64,000 nt of DNA from Oligoflexales bacterium (GCA_045105515.1 JBGCDR010000156.1:66061-130060), one strand, 5' to 3'. Numbered from the stretch's first letter, positions 19,757 to 33,290 are shown. Program-made: numbers and translations. Notes: a model not told the origin generated them from the sequence alone.

Positions 19757-22700
19757 TTACAAAGATACGCTAGCCACTGGCTCTGGCACAATTGCTGGCT
19801 CCGGAGCAGTAGGAACCGCATGTGCTTCCTGAGCAGTAAGGTTGCGATAGTAAGTTGCCCCCGTACCCGCAGGAATCAACCGGCCCATAGTAACGTTTTC
19901 CTTGAGCCCACGCAAATAGTCAATCTTACTATTGATTGCTGCATGCGTAAGCACCTTAGTCGTTTCTTGGAACGAGGCTGCTGAAATGAAACTATCTGTT
20001 GAAAGAGAAGCTTTGGTTATACCGAGAAGAACAGGTTCCCAGATCGCAGGCTTCTTACCTTCCTCTTCCATCTTCGGATTTACAGCTAGTACATCAAACT
20101 TCTCAGCTGTCTCTGTCGGTAGAAAGCGAGTATCGCCAGGATCTGTTATATTTACGCGCCTCAGCATCTGCCGGATTATGACTTCAATGTGCTTATCATT
20201 GATTTTCACACCTTGCAGGCGATAAACATCCTGAACCTCATTTACCAAATACTCAGCAAGAGCAACATTTCCCAAAACAGCAAGAATCTCATGTGGGTTA
20301 GGTTGGCCGTCAACAAGTGGTTCACCTTTCCTGACATAATCCCCCTCGTTGACAAGCAGGTGTTTGCCTTTAGGGATTAGGTATTCTTTCTGATTGGCAT
20401 CAATGTCTGTTACCAAAATCTTGCGCTTTCCCTTGGTATCTTCACCAAAGGAAATCGTACCATCGCGATCAGCCATCACAGCGATATCTTTTGGCTTCCT
20501 AGCTTCAAACAACTCTGCAACTCTCGGAAGACCACCGGTAATATCTTTGGTTTTTGTTGCTTCTCGAGGTATCTTGGCCAGAATATCACCTGGGACAACA
20601 TCTGCTTCTTCGTTGATATTGATGATACATCCAATTGGCAGCGAATAGGTTCCCTTGCCACCATCTTTTTGAACGATATCTCCGTTTTCATCCACGATCT
20701 CAAGAGCAGGTTTCAACTGATCGCTCTTACTTTCGGTTACAACTTTTCTCGTTAAGAAAGTAACATCGTCCACCTTCTCTTCAAGAGTTTTACCCTCTCT
20801 AAGGTCAAAATAACGGACCTTACCAGGTACTTCGGCAACAATTGGGACTGCAAAAGGGTCCCATTCCCCTAACTTATCGCCAGCAGATACCTCAGAGCCC
20901 TCATCAACGGTCAATACAGTACCGTAAATTATTGGATAAGTGTCTCTCACTTTTCCTTCAATATCTACGACCTTAATTTCCCCGTTCCGGGTGAGAACTA
21001 CTTTTCTTCCTTCACGGTTTGTTACTGCTCTAATGTTGTGGAATTTTGTGGTACCAGTAAAGCGGCTTTCAACTGCATTACTTTCAACCTTATGAGTTGC
21101 AGTACCACCAAAGTGGAAAGTACGCATAGTAAGCTGGGTTCCAGGCTCGCCAATAGATTGAGCAGCTATTACACCTACGGCTTCTCCGACATCCACCAAG
21201 CTACCCGATGAAAGATCTCTTCCATAGCAATTAGCACAGACACCCCTCTGAGAACGACAAGTTAAGAGCGAACGAATCTCTGCTTCTTCGACTCCAGCTT
21301 GTTCGATCTTTTCACAAACTTCTTCACCCAGGATGGTATTATTCTCAACAATTACTTCACCAGTCTTAGCATCAACAATATCACCACCAATGATAGTTCG
21401 ACCTAGAATTCTCTCACTCAGTGAAACCCTAACTTCAGAACCGTCACGGATAGGAGTAATCTTAACCCCTTCTTGCACACCACAATCTATCTCATTAATA
21501 ATGCAATCTTGAGCAACATCAACCAACCTTCTGGTCAAATAACCAGAACTTGCCGTTTTTAAGGCCGTATCCGCCAAACCTTTACGTGCACCGTGAGTGG
21601 AGGTAAAGTACTGAAGTACAGTCAAACCCTCTCTAAAATTGGCTGTAATAGGGGTTTCAATAATTTCACCTGATGGCTTCGACATCAGACCACGCATACC
21701 TGCCAACTGGCGTATCTGTTGCGCAGAACCCCTCGCTCCGGAATCGGCCATCATAAAGATGCTATTGTTACTCGGGACTTTGCGCTCGATGCCATCTTTG
21801 TCGATGACTTCCATTTCGGCAATGTTATTAAACATGCACTCAGCAATACTTTCAGTAACATTTGCCCAAATATCAACAACCTTGTTGTAACGCTCACCTT
21901 CTGTTAGAAGGCCCTCGGAGTACTGCTCTTTAATGCGTTTTACTTCTTCCTCGGCTTCAGCCAAGAGATCTTTCTTTTCATCAGGGATAACCATGTCAAC
22001 AATAGCAATAGAAAGACCTGCACGAGTGGAATATGAATAACCGAGTGTTCTCAAAGCATCGGCCATAAGTACAGTTTTCTTGGGTCCACACGTACGGAAA
22101 CAAGTCTCTACAAGAGCTGCAAGCTCCTTTTTCCCCATCACTTTGTTATAAGTTTCGAAGGGAATTTCATGAGGCACTACCTCTGACAAAAGTGCTCGTC
22201 CTATGGTCGTCTGAACGAGATTTTCGTCCCGTAGTCTAACCTGAATCGGTGCTTGTAAACCTACCTCATCATGATCATAGGCAACCCGGGCTTCTTCGAT
22301 ATTTGCAAAAGTATGTCCTGCACCTTGAGCCGTAAGGTCTTCTTTTGTCAGATAATAAACCCCCAATACGATATCCTGCGAAGGCACGATCACAGGAGAA
22401 CCAGATGCCGGACTCAAAATGTTGTTAGTAGACATCATGAGAACCCTGGCTTCCATCTGCGCTTCTACTGAAAGCGGAAGGTGAACTGCCATCTGGTCAC
22501 CATCGAAGTCAGCATTGAAGGCAAAACAGACTAGAGGATGCAGACGAATCGCTTTACCTTCAATCAATACGGGTTCAAATGCTTGAATCCCCAAGCGGTG
22601 AAGGGTTGGAGCACGGTTGAGCAAGATGGGGTGCTCTTTAGTAACTTCTTCAAGAATATCCCAAACCTCAGGGTGTTCCTTTTCAACAAGTTTTTTTGCA

Positions 22701-23917
22701 CTCTTGATAGTTGAAACAATTCCATGCTCTTCGAGCTTAGAATAAAGGAAAGGCTTGAATAGCTCCAAAGCCATTTTCTTTGGCAGACCACACTGATGTA
22801 GTTTAAGATCTGGCCCAACAACAATAACAGAACGTCCAGAATAATCGACACGCTTTCCAAGTAAGTTCTGTCTAAATCGCCCTTGCTTCCCTTTCAAAAA
22901 GTCCGACAATGATCTAAGAGGTCGTTTGTTTGGACCTGTGAAAACTTTACCCCTTCGACCATTATCAAATAAAGCATCAACTGCTTCTTGAAGCATGCGC
23001 TTTTCATTACGCACAATAATATCGGGTGCGTTTAGCTCTATGAGCCTCAAAAGTCGATTGTTTCTGTTAATAACACGTCGGTATAAGTCGTTAAGATCAG
23101 ATGTGGCAAAGCGACCTCCATCAAGAGGAACGAGTGGCCTTAAATCAGGTGGTTGAACTGGAATTACAGTGAGCATCATCCATTCAGGCTTAGCAGCAAA
23201 ATTACCACTTTCATCACGAGTATTGAATGCTTCAACAACCTTTAGCCTTCTCTGCAGCTTTTTACGATTGGCTTCAGATGTAGCTTCTGAAAGGTCCTTA
23301 CGCAGATCTTCTACAAGATCCTCAATTTTTAGACCCTGAAGAAGCTCAAGGACTGCTTCAGCTCCAACTCCAATACGGAAAGCTCCGTTTCCAAACTTTG
23401 CAATAGCCTCATCATACTCTTCTTCGGACAATACTTGACCCTTTTCAAGGCCTGTATTTGCCTCATCACCCGGATCTAGCACTACGTATGACTCGCTATA
23501 AAGAACCCTCTCGATATCTTTTAGAGTGATATCTAATATTGCTCCAATACGAGATGGCAAAGACTTTAAGAACCAAATATGAGCAACCGGGCAAGCCAGG
23601 TTTATATGGCCCATGCGCTCGCGTCGTACTTTTGAATGGATTACTTCAACACCGCATTTATCGCAGACAATTCCGCGGTGTTTCATTCTTTTATATTTAC
23701 CGCATATGCACTCAAAATCCCGGACTGGCCCAAAGATCTTTGCACAAAATAGACCATCACGCTCTGGCTTAAAGGTACGATAATTTATAGTCTCTGGCTT
23801 TTTTACTTCACCAAAAGACCAGCTACGGATTTTCTCCGGTGAAGCTAAAGAAATCTTGATCGCGCTAAAGTTTAGCGGATCCGTAGGCTTATCGAAGAAA
23901 TTTAATAAATCTTTCAA
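19757..23917 (-). CDS. rpoC: RNA polymerase beta' subunit
   Basis: NADFDGD, Zn finger [20 protein letters not shown] start. Confidence 0.99.
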   Translation of the reverse strand: MKDLLNFFDKPTDPLNFSAIKISLASPEKIRSWSFGEVKKPETINYRTFKPERDGLFCAKIFGPVRDFECICGKYKRMKHRGIVCDKCGVEVIHSKVRRERMGHINLACPVAHIWFLKSLPSRIGAILDITLKDIERVLYSESYVVLDPGDEANTGLEKGQVLSEEEYDEAIAKFGNGAFRIGVGAEAVLELLQGLKIEDLVEDLRKDLSEATSEANRKKLQRRLKVVEAFNTRDESGNFAAKPEWMMLTVIPVQPPDLRPLVPLDGGRFATSDLNDLYRRVINRNNRLLRLIELNAPDIIVRNEKRMLQEAVDALFDNGRRGKVFTGPNKRPLRSLSDFLKGKQGRFRQNLLGKRVDYSGRSVIVVGPDLKLHQCGLPKKMALELFKPFLYSKLEEHGIVSTIKSAKKLVEKEHPEVWDILEEVTKEHPILLNRAPTLHRLGIQAFEPVLIEGKAIRLHPLVCFAFNADFDGDQMAVHLPLSVEAQMEARVLMMSTNNILSPASGSPVIVPSQDIVLGVYYLTKEDLTAQGAGHTFANIEEARVAYDHDEVGLQAPIQVRLRDENLVQTTIGRALLSEVVPHEIPFETYNKVMGKKELAALVETCFRTCGPKKTVLMADALRTLGYSYSTRAGLSIAIVDMVIPDEKKDLLAEAEEEVKRIKEQYSEGLLTEGERYNKVVDIWANVTESIAECMFNNIAEMEVIDKDGIERKVPSNNSIFMMADSGARGSAQQIRQLAGMRGLMSKPSGEIIETPITANFREGLTVLQYFTSTHGARKGLADTALKTASSGYLTRRLVDVAQDCIINEIDCGVQEGVKITPIRDGSEVRVSLSERILGRTIIGGDIVDAKTGEVIVENNTILGEEVCEKIEQAGVEEAEIRSLLTCRSQRGVCANCYGRDLSSGSLVDVGEAVGVIAAQSIGEPGTQLTMRTFHFGGTATHKVESNAVESRFTGTTKFHNIRAVTNREGRKVVLTRNGEIKVVDIEGKVRDTYPIIYGTVLTVDEGSEVSAGDKLGEWDPFAVPIVAEVPGKVRYFDLREGKTLEEKVDDVTFLTRKVVTESKSDQLKPALEIVDENGDIVQKDGGKGTYSLPIGCIININEEADVVPGDILAKIPREATKTKDITGGLPRVAELFEARKPKDIAVMADRDGTISFGEDTKGKRKILVTDIDANQKEYLIPKGKHLLVNEGDYVRKGEPLVDGQPNPHEILAVLGNVALAEYLVNEVQDVYRLQGVKINDKHIEVIIRQMLRRVNITDPGDTRFLPTETAEKFDVLAVNPKMEEEGKKPAIWEPVLLGITKASLSTDSFISAASFQETTKVLTHAAINSKIDYLRGLKENVTMGRLIPAGTGATYYRNLTAQEAHAVPTAPEPAIVPEPVASVSL

Positions 23918-24016
23918 ACCGTTCTCCTTGGGAGAGATTTTAACTGAAGTTTAGGCCTATGAACCGGAGAAAAAAGGAACACCAAGCTGTCCTTAACTCT
24001 CTTGACAACCATCTTA

Positions 24017-27000
24017 CTATTGAAGTCCCTCAATACCCATTTCCTGTCCATCAGCTCTTATGAGGTTGATGTCCAAGGCTAAGCTCTGAAGTTCCTTGAC
24101 AAGTACATTAAAGCTCTCAGGTACCCCTGGAGTAGCTATATTTGTTCCTTTGACAATTGACTCGTACATTCGGGTACGACCCAACACATCATCAGACTTC
24201 ACAGTAAGCATTTCTTGAAGTGTATAAGCGGCTCCATAAGCCTCCATTGCCCATACTTCCATCTCTCCTAGACGCTGACCTCCGAATTGGGCTTTGCCGC
24301 CAAGTGGCTGCTGAGTCACCAAGGAGTAAGGACCAATAGAACGAGCATGGATTTTTTCATCGACCAGATGGTGTAGTTTAAGAACATACATAACACCAAC
24401 TGTAACCCGGTTGTGAAAACGTTCACCAGTCAGGCCATCAAAGAGTTCCATTTTACCGTCTTTATTTAGGCCAGCTAATTCAAGGGCATTTTCTATCTCA
24501 CCCTCATCTGAACCATCGAAAACTGGATTGGCAAAATGGACTCCTTCTCTGTATTTCATGATAAAGTCTTTAAGTTGCTCCTCCGAGCAGCTCTTAACAA
24601 ACTCTCTCACGTCAGTTACGTTGTCAGTATCCCAAATCTTTAGACACATGTCCTCAAGCTCTTGCCGAGAACACCCACTTGCAAGCATCTCATTTAGCTT
24701 AATTCCAAGGTTCTTCGAAGCCCAACCAAGGTGAGTTTCTAAGATCTGCCCAACATTCATACGTGACGGTACACCGAGCGGGTTTAGCACTACATCGACA
24801 GGAACTCCATCTTTCGTAAAAGGCATATCCTGCTCTGGAAGAATTCTAGATACCACACCTTTATTACCGTGCCGACCGGCCATTTTATCACCAACTCGTA
24901 GCTTACGTTTGATGGCAACATACACCTTAACCATCTTGATAACCCCAGGAGGAAGTTCATCCCCTTTGGTCACTTTTTTAAGCATTTCATCAGTCATGAA
25001 CTTGATCTGAGTGACCTTCTCTTTAAGGTTCTGAAGAACTTTGGCAAGAAGGCCATTTTTTTCGGCATCTTCAACCGTTAGATCAAACCAATAGCGATAG
25101 TCTATTCCATCTAGAGTTTCAGAGGTGATTGAAGCTCCTGGACTAGCCAATACTTGCCCCTCTTTCGAGGAGATTTCACTGGCGATTACCGTTTCTTCAC
25201 AGATACGAATAATCTTACGCATAGCTGAATCTTTGATGATGGCAATTCGATCTGCTTCGTCTTTACGCATTTTTGCAGATTCTGCCTCTTCTATTCTCAG
25301 GCTTCGGGCATCTTTCTCTGACCCTTCCCTTGAAAAGACTTTACAGCCTATGACAGTACCTGTAACTCCAGGCGAAACCCTCAAAGAGGTATCTCTCACA
25401 TCACCAGCCTTTTCACCAAAGATAGCTCTTAATAACTTCTCTTCCGGTGTTAGCTGTGTCTCACCTTTTGGAGTAATCTTACCTACAAGGATATCGCCTG
25501 GCTTAACTTCAGCACCGATACGGATAATCCCTGCTTCATCAAGATTCGCTAGAGCATCTTCACCAACATTAGGTATGTCAGACGTGATTTCCTCTTGCCC
25601 AAGTTTAGTATCCCGAGAGATACACTCGAATTCCTGAATATGCACGGATGTGTAAAGGTCTTCCTTAACCACTCGCTCAGAAATAAGTATTGAATCCTCG
25701 AAGTTGTAACCATTCCAAGGCATAAACGCTACTGTTACGTTTTGACCTAAAGCAAGCTCACCCATTTCCGTAGCGAAACCATCTGCGATGACGTCGCCCA
25801 CATGAACTCTTTCGCCAACCTTTACGATTGGTTTTTGGTTGATACAAGTATCAAGATTCGAACGCCGGTATTTCTTTAAACTATAAATATCAACATCGGC
25901 GCCTACTTCGGTTAAAGTCTCATTACCTTCGCCGACGATTTTGACCACAATACGTTCTGCATCGACTGATACAACGGTTCCTTCACGCTTCACTACCACT
26001 GAAGCGCCAGAGTCACGCGCTACGACCTTTTCCATCCCGGTACCAATCAACGGTGCCCGCGTCTGAATAAGAGGTACTGCTTGGCGCATCATATTCGAGC
26101 CCATCAAAGCTCGGTTTGCATCATCATTTTGAAGAAATGGGATCAAGTTTGCTGCAATAGATACTAGCTGTGTTGTCGCCACATCCATCAGGTCCGCTTC
26201 TTCACCGCGGACAATCTCACTTTCACCTCTACGACGAACCCCTAAGTATTCTTCGTCTGTAAATTCTTCAAGCCTCATAGCCTGGGCAATAACATGTTCT
26301 TGGTGTTCTTCCGAAGCAGAGTAATAACGGACTTCTGCCTTCTTCAAAAGATTACCTTCGTCATCCCGTAACTGCCGATAAGGAGTCTCTATAAAACCAT
26401 AATCATTTACACGGGCAAAAGAAGCTAATGATGAAATCAAACCAATGTTTGGACCTTCAGGAGTTTCTACAGGACAAATGCGTCCATAGTGAGTTGGGTG
26501 AACATCCCTAACCTCGAATCCGGCTCTTTCACGGCTGAGACCACCAGGCCCTAAAGCAGACAATCTTCTTTTATGAGTGATTTCTGACAATGGGTTCGTT
26601 TGATCCATAAATTGACTTAGCTGAGAGCTACCAAAAAACTCTTTAACTACAGCCGATGCTGGCTTATTGTTGATAAAGTCATGGGGAAGTAAGGTATCAA
26701 CATCTTGAAGCTGCAAACGCTCACGAATTGCTCGCTCGATTCGCAAAAGCCCGATGCGGTATTGATTCTCTAATAGCTCACCAACAGCCCTTACTCGGCG
26801 ATTGCCTAAATGATCAATATCATCAATGTCACCTTGACCGGTCTTGAGTTTCAATAAGGTAGAAACGGTGGCTAAAATATCTTCTTTTGTTAAAGTTCTT
26901 TGCTCAATTGGCTCATCAACTCCAAGACGCTCATTTAATTTAAGTCGTCCAACGGCACTTAAATCATAGCGATCTGGATTGAAAAACAGATTATTAAACA

Positions 27001-28171
27001 AGGCCTCTGCTGGCTCCAGGGTGGGTGGATCACCAGGTCGCAACCTCTTATATATTTCTAAGATGGCATCTTCGCGGGTTTCGATCTTGTCAGCTAGCAA
27101 CGTCTGTCGAAACGAACCATCAACATTAACTCCATCAATAAATAGCGTTTGGAATTCATCCACACCAGCATTAACGATCTTCTTAACATCTTCTTCCGTT
27201 AACTCTGAATTGACTGGGACAAGTACATCACCTTCCTTGTCCAATATATTTTGCGCAACCACCTTACCTATCAAGTCATCGGATTTAAGTGGCTGATAAG
27301 TAAGACCTGCGGATTCCATTTGACGAATTGCACCGACAGAAATACGGCGGTTTTTCTTAACGTATACGCGCCCAGATTTTGGGTCAACGATATCCGAGCT
27401 TGCACGTTGTCCACGCAACAGATCAAAGTTCAGGTTAATCCTAAATTCACCCTCATGGATGATAAGAACTTCTCTTTTATAGAAATGTGCTAGTAGCTCT
27501 TCATCTGTATCACCTAAGGCTTTAAGCAGAATCGATGCATGCATCTTTCGCCTGCGGTCGATCCTAACATAAAGAATATCTTTACTATCAAATTCGAAAT
27601 CTAACCAGCTGCCACGATAAGGGATGACCCTTGCCGTATACAGAAGTTTTCCAGATGCACTATTTTTACCTTTGTCGTGATCAAAGAATACACCCGACGA
27701 ACGGTGAAGCTGAGAAACCACTACCCTTTCAGTGCCATTAATGATAAATGTACCGCTATCGGTCATTAGCGGAATTTCACCGAAATAAACTTCCTGCTCT
27801 TTCACATCTCTGATGCTACGAACATTGGTCTCCTTATCCACATCCCAAATGACAAGCCTTATGACGACCTTGAGAGGTGCAGCGAAGCTCATACCACGCT
27901 GACGGCATTCACCTACAGTGTATTTTGGCTGTTCGAAGGAATAACTGACAAATTCAACTGAGGCGGTTTCCGAAAAGTCACTGATCGGAAAAACTGAATT
28001 GAATACAGCTTGTAAACCCACCTGCTTGCGTTTCTCAGAGTCCACCTGATCCTGCAGGAATTGACCATAGCTTGTTTTTTGAATTTCGATAAGATATGGA
28101 TGGTCTATTGCCGGAGTTACTTTTTGGTAGCTTTTTCTTGGTCGCGTAAACGAAGCGTCCAGAGACGTCAT
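24017..28171 (-). CDS. rpoB: RNA polymerase beta subunit
   Basis: [45 protein letters not shown]. Confidence 0.99.
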   Translation of the reverse strand: MTSLDASFTRPRKSYQKVTPAIDHPYLIEIQKTSYGQFLQDQVDSEKRKQVGLQAVFNSVFPISDFSETASVEFVSYSFEQPKYTVGECRQRGMSFAAPLKVVIRLVIWDVDKETNVRSIRDVKEQEVYFGEIPLMTDSGTFIINGTERVVVSQLHRSSGVFFDHDKGKNSASGKLLYTARVIPYRGSWLDFEFDSKDILYVRIDRRRKMHASILLKALGDTDEELLAHFYKREVLIIHEGEFRINLNFDLLRGQRASSDIVDPKSGRVYVKKNRRISVGAIRQMESAGLTYQPLKSDDLIGKVVAQNILDKEGDVLVPVNSELTEEDVKKIVNAGVDEFQTLFIDGVNVDGSFRQTLLADKIETREDAILEIYKRLRPGDPPTLEPAEALFNNLFFNPDRYDLSAVGRLKLNERLGVDEPIEQRTLTKEDILATVSTLLKLKTGQGDIDDIDHLGNRRVRAVGELLENQYRIGLLRIERAIRERLQLQDVDTLLPHDFINNKPASAVVKEFFGSSQLSQFMDQTNPLSEITHKRRLSALGPGGLSRERAGFEVRDVHPTHYGRICPVETPEGPNIGLISSLASFARVNDYGFIETPYRQLRDDEGNLLKKAEVRYYSASEEHQEHVIAQAMRLEEFTDEEYLGVRRRGESEIVRGEEADLMDVATTQLVSIAANLIPFLQNDDANRALMGSNMMRQAVPLIQTRAPLIGTGMEKVVARDSGASVVVKREGTVVSVDAERIVVKIVGEGNETLTEVGADVDIYSLKKYRRSNLDTCINQKPIVKVGERVHVGDVIADGFATEMGELALGQNVTVAFMPWNGYNFEDSILISERVVKEDLYTSVHIQEFECISRDTKLGQEEITSDIPNVGEDALANLDEAGIIRIGAEVKPGDILVGKITPKGETQLTPEEKLLRAIFGEKAGDVRDTSLRVSPGVTGTVIGCKVFSREGSEKDARSLRIEEAESAKMRKDEADRIAIIKDSAMRKIIRICEETVIASEISSKEGQVLASPGASITSETLDGIDYRYWFDLTVEDAEKNGLLAKVLQNLKEKVTQIKFMTDEMLKKVTKGDELPPGVIKMVKVYVAIKRKLRVGDKMAGRHGNKGVVSRILPEQDMPFTKDGVPVDVVLNPLGVPSRMNVGQILETHLGWASKNLGIKLNEMLASGCSRQELEDMCLKIWDTDNVTDVREFVKSCSEEQLKDFIMKYREGVHFANPVFDGSDEGEIENALELAGLNKDGKMELFDGLTGERFHNRVTVGVMYVLKLHHLVDEKIHARSIGPYSLVTQQPLGGKAQFGGQRLGEMEVWAMEAYGAAYTLQEMLTVKSDDVLGRTRMYESIVKGTNIATPGVPESFNVLVKELQSLALDINLIRADGQEMGIEGLQ

Positions 28172-28324
28172 ATTATTCTCCGATCAGAAGGAAGTAACGA
28201 CAGAAACCCACAGACACAACTGCCCATGGGAAGGTAAATGTATTAAATAGTGCTAACTGAAATTCTGTTCGGTCCTTTCTCTGATCCAGGCTTAATAGGT
28301 TGCTGAACCAGAAAAAGGGGGAAA

Positions 28325-28702
28325 TTACTTAATCTCAACAGATGCGCCAGCTTTTTCAAGCGCTTCCTTAATTTTCTCGGCTTCGTCTTTGCTGACTCCA
28401 TCTTTAACATCTTTAGGAGCAGATTCAACAAGCTCTTTAGCTTCTTTCAAACCAAGGCCGAGAAGTGCACGAACCTCTTTAATTACGTTGATTTTCTTTT
28501 CGCCAAAAGACTTAAGAATCACAGTAAATTCGGTTTGCTCTTCAGCTGCTTCAGCAGCTCCACCACCAGCTACGGCAACGGCCATAGGTGCTGCTGCACT
28601 AACACCAAACTTTTCTTCAAGTTCTTTAACTAAATCGGCTGCTTCAAGAAGAGTCAAGTTCTCAAGAAATTCTACAACTTGCTCTTTAGTTACGCTAGAC
28701 AT
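28325..28702 (-). CDS. rplL: 50S ribosomal protein L7/L12
   Basis: [35 protein letters not shown] 28702 after GGAGG. Confidence 0.98.
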   Translation of the reverse strand: MSSVTKEQVVEFLENLTLLEAADLVKELEEKFGVSAAAPMAVAVAGGGAAEAAEEQTEFTVILKSFGEKKINVIKEVRALLGLGLKEAKELVESAPKDVKDGVSKDEAEKIKEALEKAGASVEIK

Positions 28703-28769
28703 GTCTTCCTCCAAATACTTTCCTAACATCCTCGTCGGGAAGTCGTTAATAATAGATTACAATAAAAGT

Positions 28770-29297
28770 TTATGACTTTGTATCTTTGATAGCATTAATC
28801 ACACGCACCAAATTAGAACCAACTCCATTCATAACCTGGAGTAAACCACGGTGCGGAGAAATCAATGTACCAATGATTTTGGCAATTAATTCTTCTTTGC
28901 TTGGCAACTCTGAGAGGGCTTTAATATCAGCCGTACTAAGCGCCTTGCCATCCATAACACCGCCAGTCACCTTAAACTTCTCATTTTGCTTAGCAAAAGC
29001 AAGCAAAGCTTTAGTTCCAGCGGCAACGTCACCATACATATGAGCGACGCCAATAGGCCCCTTTAATTGGTCCTTCAACGCTTCAGCATCAGGGACCGAA
29101 TGTTCAATCGCCTTTTTTGCGACCCTATTCTTAATTACTCTAAACTCAGTTTGAGCATTACGGAGTTCAACTCTCAAACTTGCCAATTCATCCGCTGCAA
29201 TACCGGTATACTCAGCTACTAGAGATGCTGTGGAGTTCTGAAACCTCTCCGCTATTTTATCTTTAAGAACTTCTTTCGTTGCTCTACTTACTGCCAT
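28770..29297 (-). CDS. rplJ: 50S ribosomal protein L10
   Basis: VIKNRVAK, LSELPSKEELIAK; position between rplA and rplL. Confidence 0.97.
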   Translation of the reverse strand: MAVSRATKEVLKDKIAERFQNSTASLVAEYTGIAADELASLRVELRNAQTEFRVIKNRVAKKAIEHSVPDAEALKDQLKGPIGVAHMYGDVAAGTKALLAFAKQNEKFKVTGGVMDGKALSTADIKALSELPSKEELIAKIIGTLISPHRGLLQVMNGVGSNLVRVINAIKDTKS

Positions 29298-29346
29298 GAT
29301 GCCTTTTCCTCATGTTCTACTGTGTAAACCTACTCTGGTGAACCGT

Positions 29347-30039
29347 CTATCTAAAAGGGATAGGATCTACACTAACACCAGGTCCCATTGTTGCTGATAG
29401 TGCTATCTTCTTCAGATATGTCCCTTTAGAACTTGAAGGCTTAGCCTTTGTAAGGGCATCGATGACAGCATTAACATTTTCAACAAGCTTATCCGCGTCC
29501 ATACTCACTTTTCCGACTATTGTATGAACGATGCCTGCTTTATCAACTCTAAATTCTGCGCGACCCGCCTTTAGCTCGTTGATTGCGTTAACCACTTCAA
29601 AGGTTACCGTACCAAGCTTTGGATTCGGCATTAAACCCCTAGGTCCAAGAACTCGCCCAAGCTTTCCAACTACTGCCATCATGTCCGGTGTAGCAATCAC
29701 CTGATCAAAATCAAGCCAACCGCTTTGAATTTTTTCTGCCAGGTCGTCCGCACCAACAAAATCAACGCCGGCTTCCTTTGCTTCCACAGCCTTCTGACCC
29801 TTAGCAAAGACCACGATACGTACCTGTTTTCCTAATCCGTGAGGAAGAGGCGTAGCACCCCTAACATTCTGATCAGCATGCCTTGGATCAACGCCCAAAT
29901 TAATTGCTAAATCAACGCTTCCGGCAAACTTACTATATGAAGTCTCCTTCACAAGTTTAAGAGCCTCGTCAAGACCATAAGCCTTGGTTCGATCTAACTT
30001 TTCGCATACCTGACGGTATTTTTTTCCATGTTTAGCCAT
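29347..30039 (-). CDS. rplA: 50S ribosomal protein L1
   Basis: [30 protein letters not shown]. Confidence 0.99.
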   Translation of the reverse strand: MAKHGKKYRQVCEKLDRTKAYGLDEALKLVKETSYSKFAGSVDLAINLGVDPRHADQNVRGATPLPHGLGKQVRIVVFAKGQKAVEAKEAGVDFVGADDLAEKIQSGWLDFDQVIATPDMMAVVGKLGRVLGPRGLMPNPKLGTVTFEVVNAINELKAGRAEFRVDKAGIVHTIVGKVSMDADKLVENVNAVIDALTKAKPSSSKGTYLKKIALSATMGPGVSVDPIPFR

Positions 30040-30049
30040 AAAATTCTCC

Positions 30050-30087
30050 GTAGTTCAAACGAGCTATCCAAATAAAAGCTCTCCTAC
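30050..30087 (-). promoter_or_regulatory. Probable L1-binding autoregulatory hairpin in the rplK-rplA intergenic region
   Basis: Minus strand GTAG-GAGAGCT...AGCTC-GTTTGAA-CTAC: two stems with an asymmetric GGAG-containing loop directly 5' of the rplA RBS, resembling the L1 mRNA target. Confidence 0.55.
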
Positions 30088-30117
30088 TCTTCTATTCAAA
30101 AACAAGCAAAGATAACT

Positions 30118-30540
30118 TTACTTAACTTCTAACCCCATACTACGGGCGGATCCTGCAATTATCTTTGCAGCTGCATCTTCATCGTAGGCATTTAGATCTT
30201 GCATCTTAGCATTCGCAATCTCTCTCACCTTATCCATGCTGATAGATCCACAGGTAGCTGTACCTGGTGTCTGAGAACCTTTTTTAAGACCCGCTGCCTT
30301 CATAAGAAGCTGTGATGCTGGTGGAGTCTTAGTGATAAAGGTAAAAGATTTATCGTTATAAACCGTTATAATCGTCGGAAGGATATCTCCGGCTTGTTTT
30401 TGTGTTCGAGCATTAAACTCTTTACAAAAAGCCATGATATTGACCCCTTTAGCACCTAAAGCAGGTCCGATCGGAGGAGCTGGGTTTGCTTTACCAGCGG
30501 GAATTTGCAATTTAATTAATGAGCTTACTTTCTTGGCCAC
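30118..30540 (-). CDS. rplK: 50S ribosomal protein L11
   Basis: [34 protein letters not shown] start with GGAGG RBS. Confidence 0.99.
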   Translation of the reverse strand: MAKKVSSLIKLQIPAGKANPAPPIGPALGAKGVNIMAFCKEFNARTQKQAGDILPTIITVYNDKSFTFITKTPPASQLLMKAAGLKKGSQTPGTATCGSISMDKVREIANAKMQDLNAYDEDAAAKIIAGSARSMGLEVK

Positions 30541-30668
30541 AGTTACAGCCTCCTTCTATCATCGTAACGGGTCGGCAATCCTCACACAGATTACGCAAGC
30601 CGTCTGTTTATTCACATTTTTAGAAAAAGTCAATCTATTTCCTACAAAGGCGGAATATCATAGCTGGT

Positions 30669-31445
30669 TCAGGTAAGCTTTTCAACTTGATTATATCCCA
30701 GCTCGACAGGAGTCTCTCTTCCGAAAATGCTAACTAATACTTTTAACTTCATTTTATCGGCTCGAACTTCTTCAATAACACCGTCAAAGTTCGTAAATGG
30801 TCCATCAGTAACCTTAACACCTTCGCCTTTGCTAAACTTGACCTTTGTAGCAACCTCTCCCGGAGCTTCGGTGCCAGTTTGACTCATAGCAGGGGTTAAT
30901 AAACGAAGAACCTCTTTATCAGCCATAGCTCTTGGGTTTCTACGATTGCCCACGAATCCTGTAACCTTAGGAGTCGAGCTAACACAACCCATTGTAGAAT
31001 CGTTCATTTCCATCTGGACTAAAACATAGCCTGGAAAAGTCGTCTTATCCACGAGCTTCTTTTTCCCGCTCTTTAATACTTTTTCTACAACCATTTTTGG
31101 AACGAATATTTCGCCGAAGTTATCCTCAAGGCCTGCGCGAGCAATACGCTCTTGTAAAGCAATCCTCACGGTCTCTTCGGATCCAGAATAGGTGTTTACT
31201 ATGTACCAGCGATAACGTGGATCTGTAATAAGCTTTCGTTTTTCCTCAGTAAGATCACCTTCCTGAGTTAGCTGAACCCCTCCATTCTCCGATGGGGCAT
31301 CAACTTCTTCGTTAACGCTTTCAGAGGCTACATCAACGGCACTTTCCTGACTTTTATCTAAGCCTTCATCCTGGTGATCTTCAGCGGAAGCCTCCACACT
31401 TTGTTTTAATTCTTGCTCTTCTTGCTCTGATTCTGAAGCTTCCAT
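30669..31445 (-). CDS. nusG: Transcription termination/antitermination factor NusG with acidic N-terminal extension
   Basis: WYIVNTYSGSE, FPGYVLV, TPKVTGFVG, KOW DGPFTNF, SIFGRETPVEL. Confidence 0.97.
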   Translation of the reverse strand: MEASESEQEEQELKQSVEASAEDHQDEGLDKSQESAVDVASESVNEEVDAPSENGGVQLTQEGDLTEEKRKLITDPRYRWYIVNTYSGSEETVRIALQERIARAGLEDNFGEIFVPKMVVEKVLKSGKKKLVDKTTFPGYVLVQMEMNDSTMGCVSSTPKVTGFVGNRRNPRAMADKEVLRLLTPAMSQTGTEAPGEVATKVKFSKGEGVKVTDGPFTNFDGVIEEVRADKMKLKVLVSIFGRETPVELGYNQVEKLT

Positions 31446-31524
31446 CAAATCACCTCAACGCGGCCCTAAGAAACGCCACACTATTCTTATCAAATAAAAA
31501 ACACCCGCAGGACACCAAATGAGC

Positions 31525-31905
31525 CTACGGTAAAATCTCTTGTAAAATTTTGGACCACGCTATATCAAACAAAGATAATATAACGGAAAAAATTGCTACG
31601 ACCACAACAACGACTATAGTCATCCGCTTGGTATCGGGAACACTAGGCCAAGTAACCTTGCGTATCTCTCCAATTGCTGAGACATGGTATTCACGCCTGT
31701 CTTCATCAGAACGCAACCAGAGAGCGGCTCCTCCACCTATAACTATAGAACACAGCCTACTTGCAAACGGAAACCACTCATCGTACCTCTCCGCTAATCC
31801 CAACTGCAAACCGACAGTTTCAGAAGCTTTATAGACAATATAAGCAACGATCATTGCGAATACAATATAGCAAATATTCAACCAGGTAGCATCATCTTTA
31901 GTCAC
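31525..31905 (-). CDS. secE: Preprotein translocase SecE (three-TM form)
   Basis: EIRKVTWP motif followed by a TM; sits between tRNA-Trp and nusG. Confidence 0.93.
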   Translation of the reverse strand: MTKDDATWLNICYIVFAMIVAYIVYKASETVGLQLGLAERYDEWFPFASRLCSIVIGGGAALWLRSDEDRREYHVSAIGEIRKVTWPSVPDTKRMTIVVVVVVAIFSVILSLFDIAWSKILQEILP

Positions 31906-31956
31906 GCTGACCTCTATATGTGAAGACTAATAGGCATGTCTGTAAAACAAACAGTG

Positions 31957-32029
31957 CAGGCGAGGAGGGATTCGAACCCCCAGCATGCGGATTTGGAATC
32001 CGCCGTTCTACCATTGGAACTACTCGCCT
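31957..32029 (-). tRNA. tRNA-Trp(CCA), no encoded 3'-CCA
   Basis: AGGCGAG/CTCGCCT acceptor stem, GCGGA-TTCCAAA-TCCGC anticodon arm. Confidence 0.96.
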
Positions 32030-32049
32030 ACAATAAGCTAATGAATATT

Positions 32050-32086
32050 AAAAAAGAAGAGGCTTTCAATCAAGAAAACTTCTTCT
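32050..32086 (-). terminator. Intrinsic terminator-like hairpin after tuf
   Basis: Minus strand AGAAGAAGTTTTC-TTGATT-GAAAGCCTCTTCT followed by a T tract. Confidence 0.55.
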
Positions 32087-32096
32087 AATTCTCAAA

Positions 32097-33290
32097 TTAT
32101 TCAACAATCGAAGCCACAACACCAGCACCAACAGTACGGCCACCTTCACGAATCGCGAAGCGCAGTTCCTCGGTCATAGCGATCGGGCAGATCAATTCAA
32201 CTTCCATATCAATGTTATCGCCAGGCATAACCATTTCAACATTGTCAGGTAGTTTAACAGCCCCTGTTACATCAGTTGTCCTGAAGTAAAACTGAGGTCT
32301 GTAACCTTTAAAGAATGGGGTATGACGTCCACCTTCCTCTTTAGTTAGGATATAAACCTTAGCCTTAAACTTAGTATGTGGCTTGATAGAGCCAGGCTTA
32401 GAAAGAACCTGACCACGTAGTACATCCTCACGTTTTACACCACGCAAAAGAACACCTACGTTGTCGCCAGCTTGACCCTGATCGAGGAGTTTACGGAACA
32501 TTTCAACACCAGTACAAGTGGTCTTGGTAGTGTCCTTAATACCAACGATCTCAACTTCCTCACCAACCTTAACAATACCAGCTTCAATACGACCTGTTAC
32601 AACAGTACCACGACCAGAGATCGAGAAAACGTCTTCAATTGGCATAATAAACGGCTTGTCAATAGCACGCTCAGGAACAGGGATCTCAGTATCACAATTG
32701 CTAATCAGCTCAATGACTTTCTTTGCCCAATCATCATCAGCACTGGAAGCATTCAAAGCATTCAAAGCAGATCCACGGATAATTGGAGTATCATCCCCAG
32801 GAAATTGGTATTGATTAAGAAGATCGCGGACTTCCATCTCAACTAAGTCAAGAAGCTCTTCATCGTCAACCATGTCACACTTGTTAAGGAAAACTACAAT
32901 CTTAGGAACACCAACCTGACGCGCCAAAAGAATGTGCTCACGAGTCTGAGGCATAGGGCCATCAGAAGCACTCACAACTAGGATGGCACCATCCATCTGA
33001 GCCGCACCAGTTATCATGTTTTTAACGTAGTCAGCGTGACCTGGGCAGTCAACGTGAGCATAGTGACGGTCCGGAGACTCATACTCAACGTGCGCAGTTG
33101 AAATGGTGATACCACGAGCTTTTTCTTCGGGAGCCTTATCAATTTCATCAAAGGCTTTAGCTTCGCCACCGTTAGCCAAAGCCATAACCTTGGTAATTGC
33201 TGCGGTTAAAGTGGTTTTTCCGTGATCGACGTGACCAATCGTTCCAACGTTAACGTGAGGCTTGGTCCGTTCAAACTTTTCTTTTGACAT
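32097..33290 (-). CDS. tuf: Elongation factor Tu
   Basis: [36 protein letters not shown] 33290 after GGAGG. Confidence 0.99.
   Translation of the reverse strand: MSKEKFERTKPHVNVGTIGHVDHGKTTLTAAITKVMALANGGEAKAFDEIDKAPEEKARGITISTAHVEYESPDRHYAHVDCPGHADYVKNMITGAAQMDGAILVVSASDGPMPQTREHILLARQVGVPKIVVFLNKCDMVDDEELLDLVEMEVRDLLNQYQFPGDDTPIIRGSALNALNASSADDDWAKKVIELISNCDTEIPVPERAIDKPFIMPIEDVFSISGRGTVVTGRIEAGIVKVGEEVEIVGIKDTTKTTCTGVEMFRKLLDQGQAGDNVGVLLRGVKREDVLRGQVLSKPGSIKPHTKFKAKVYILTKEEGGRHTPFFKGYRPQFYFRTTDVTGAVKLPDNVEMVMPGDNIDMEVELICPIAMTEELRFAIREGGRTVGAGVVASIVE

Noticed and set aside
26500..26650. Rifampicin-resistance substitutions in rpoB
   Set aside because: The Q, D, H and S positions of cluster I are wild type.
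16695..32846. Numerous short opposite-strand ORFs inside fusA, rpoBC, rpl genes and tuf
   Set aside because: Shadow ORFs of conserved coding genes.
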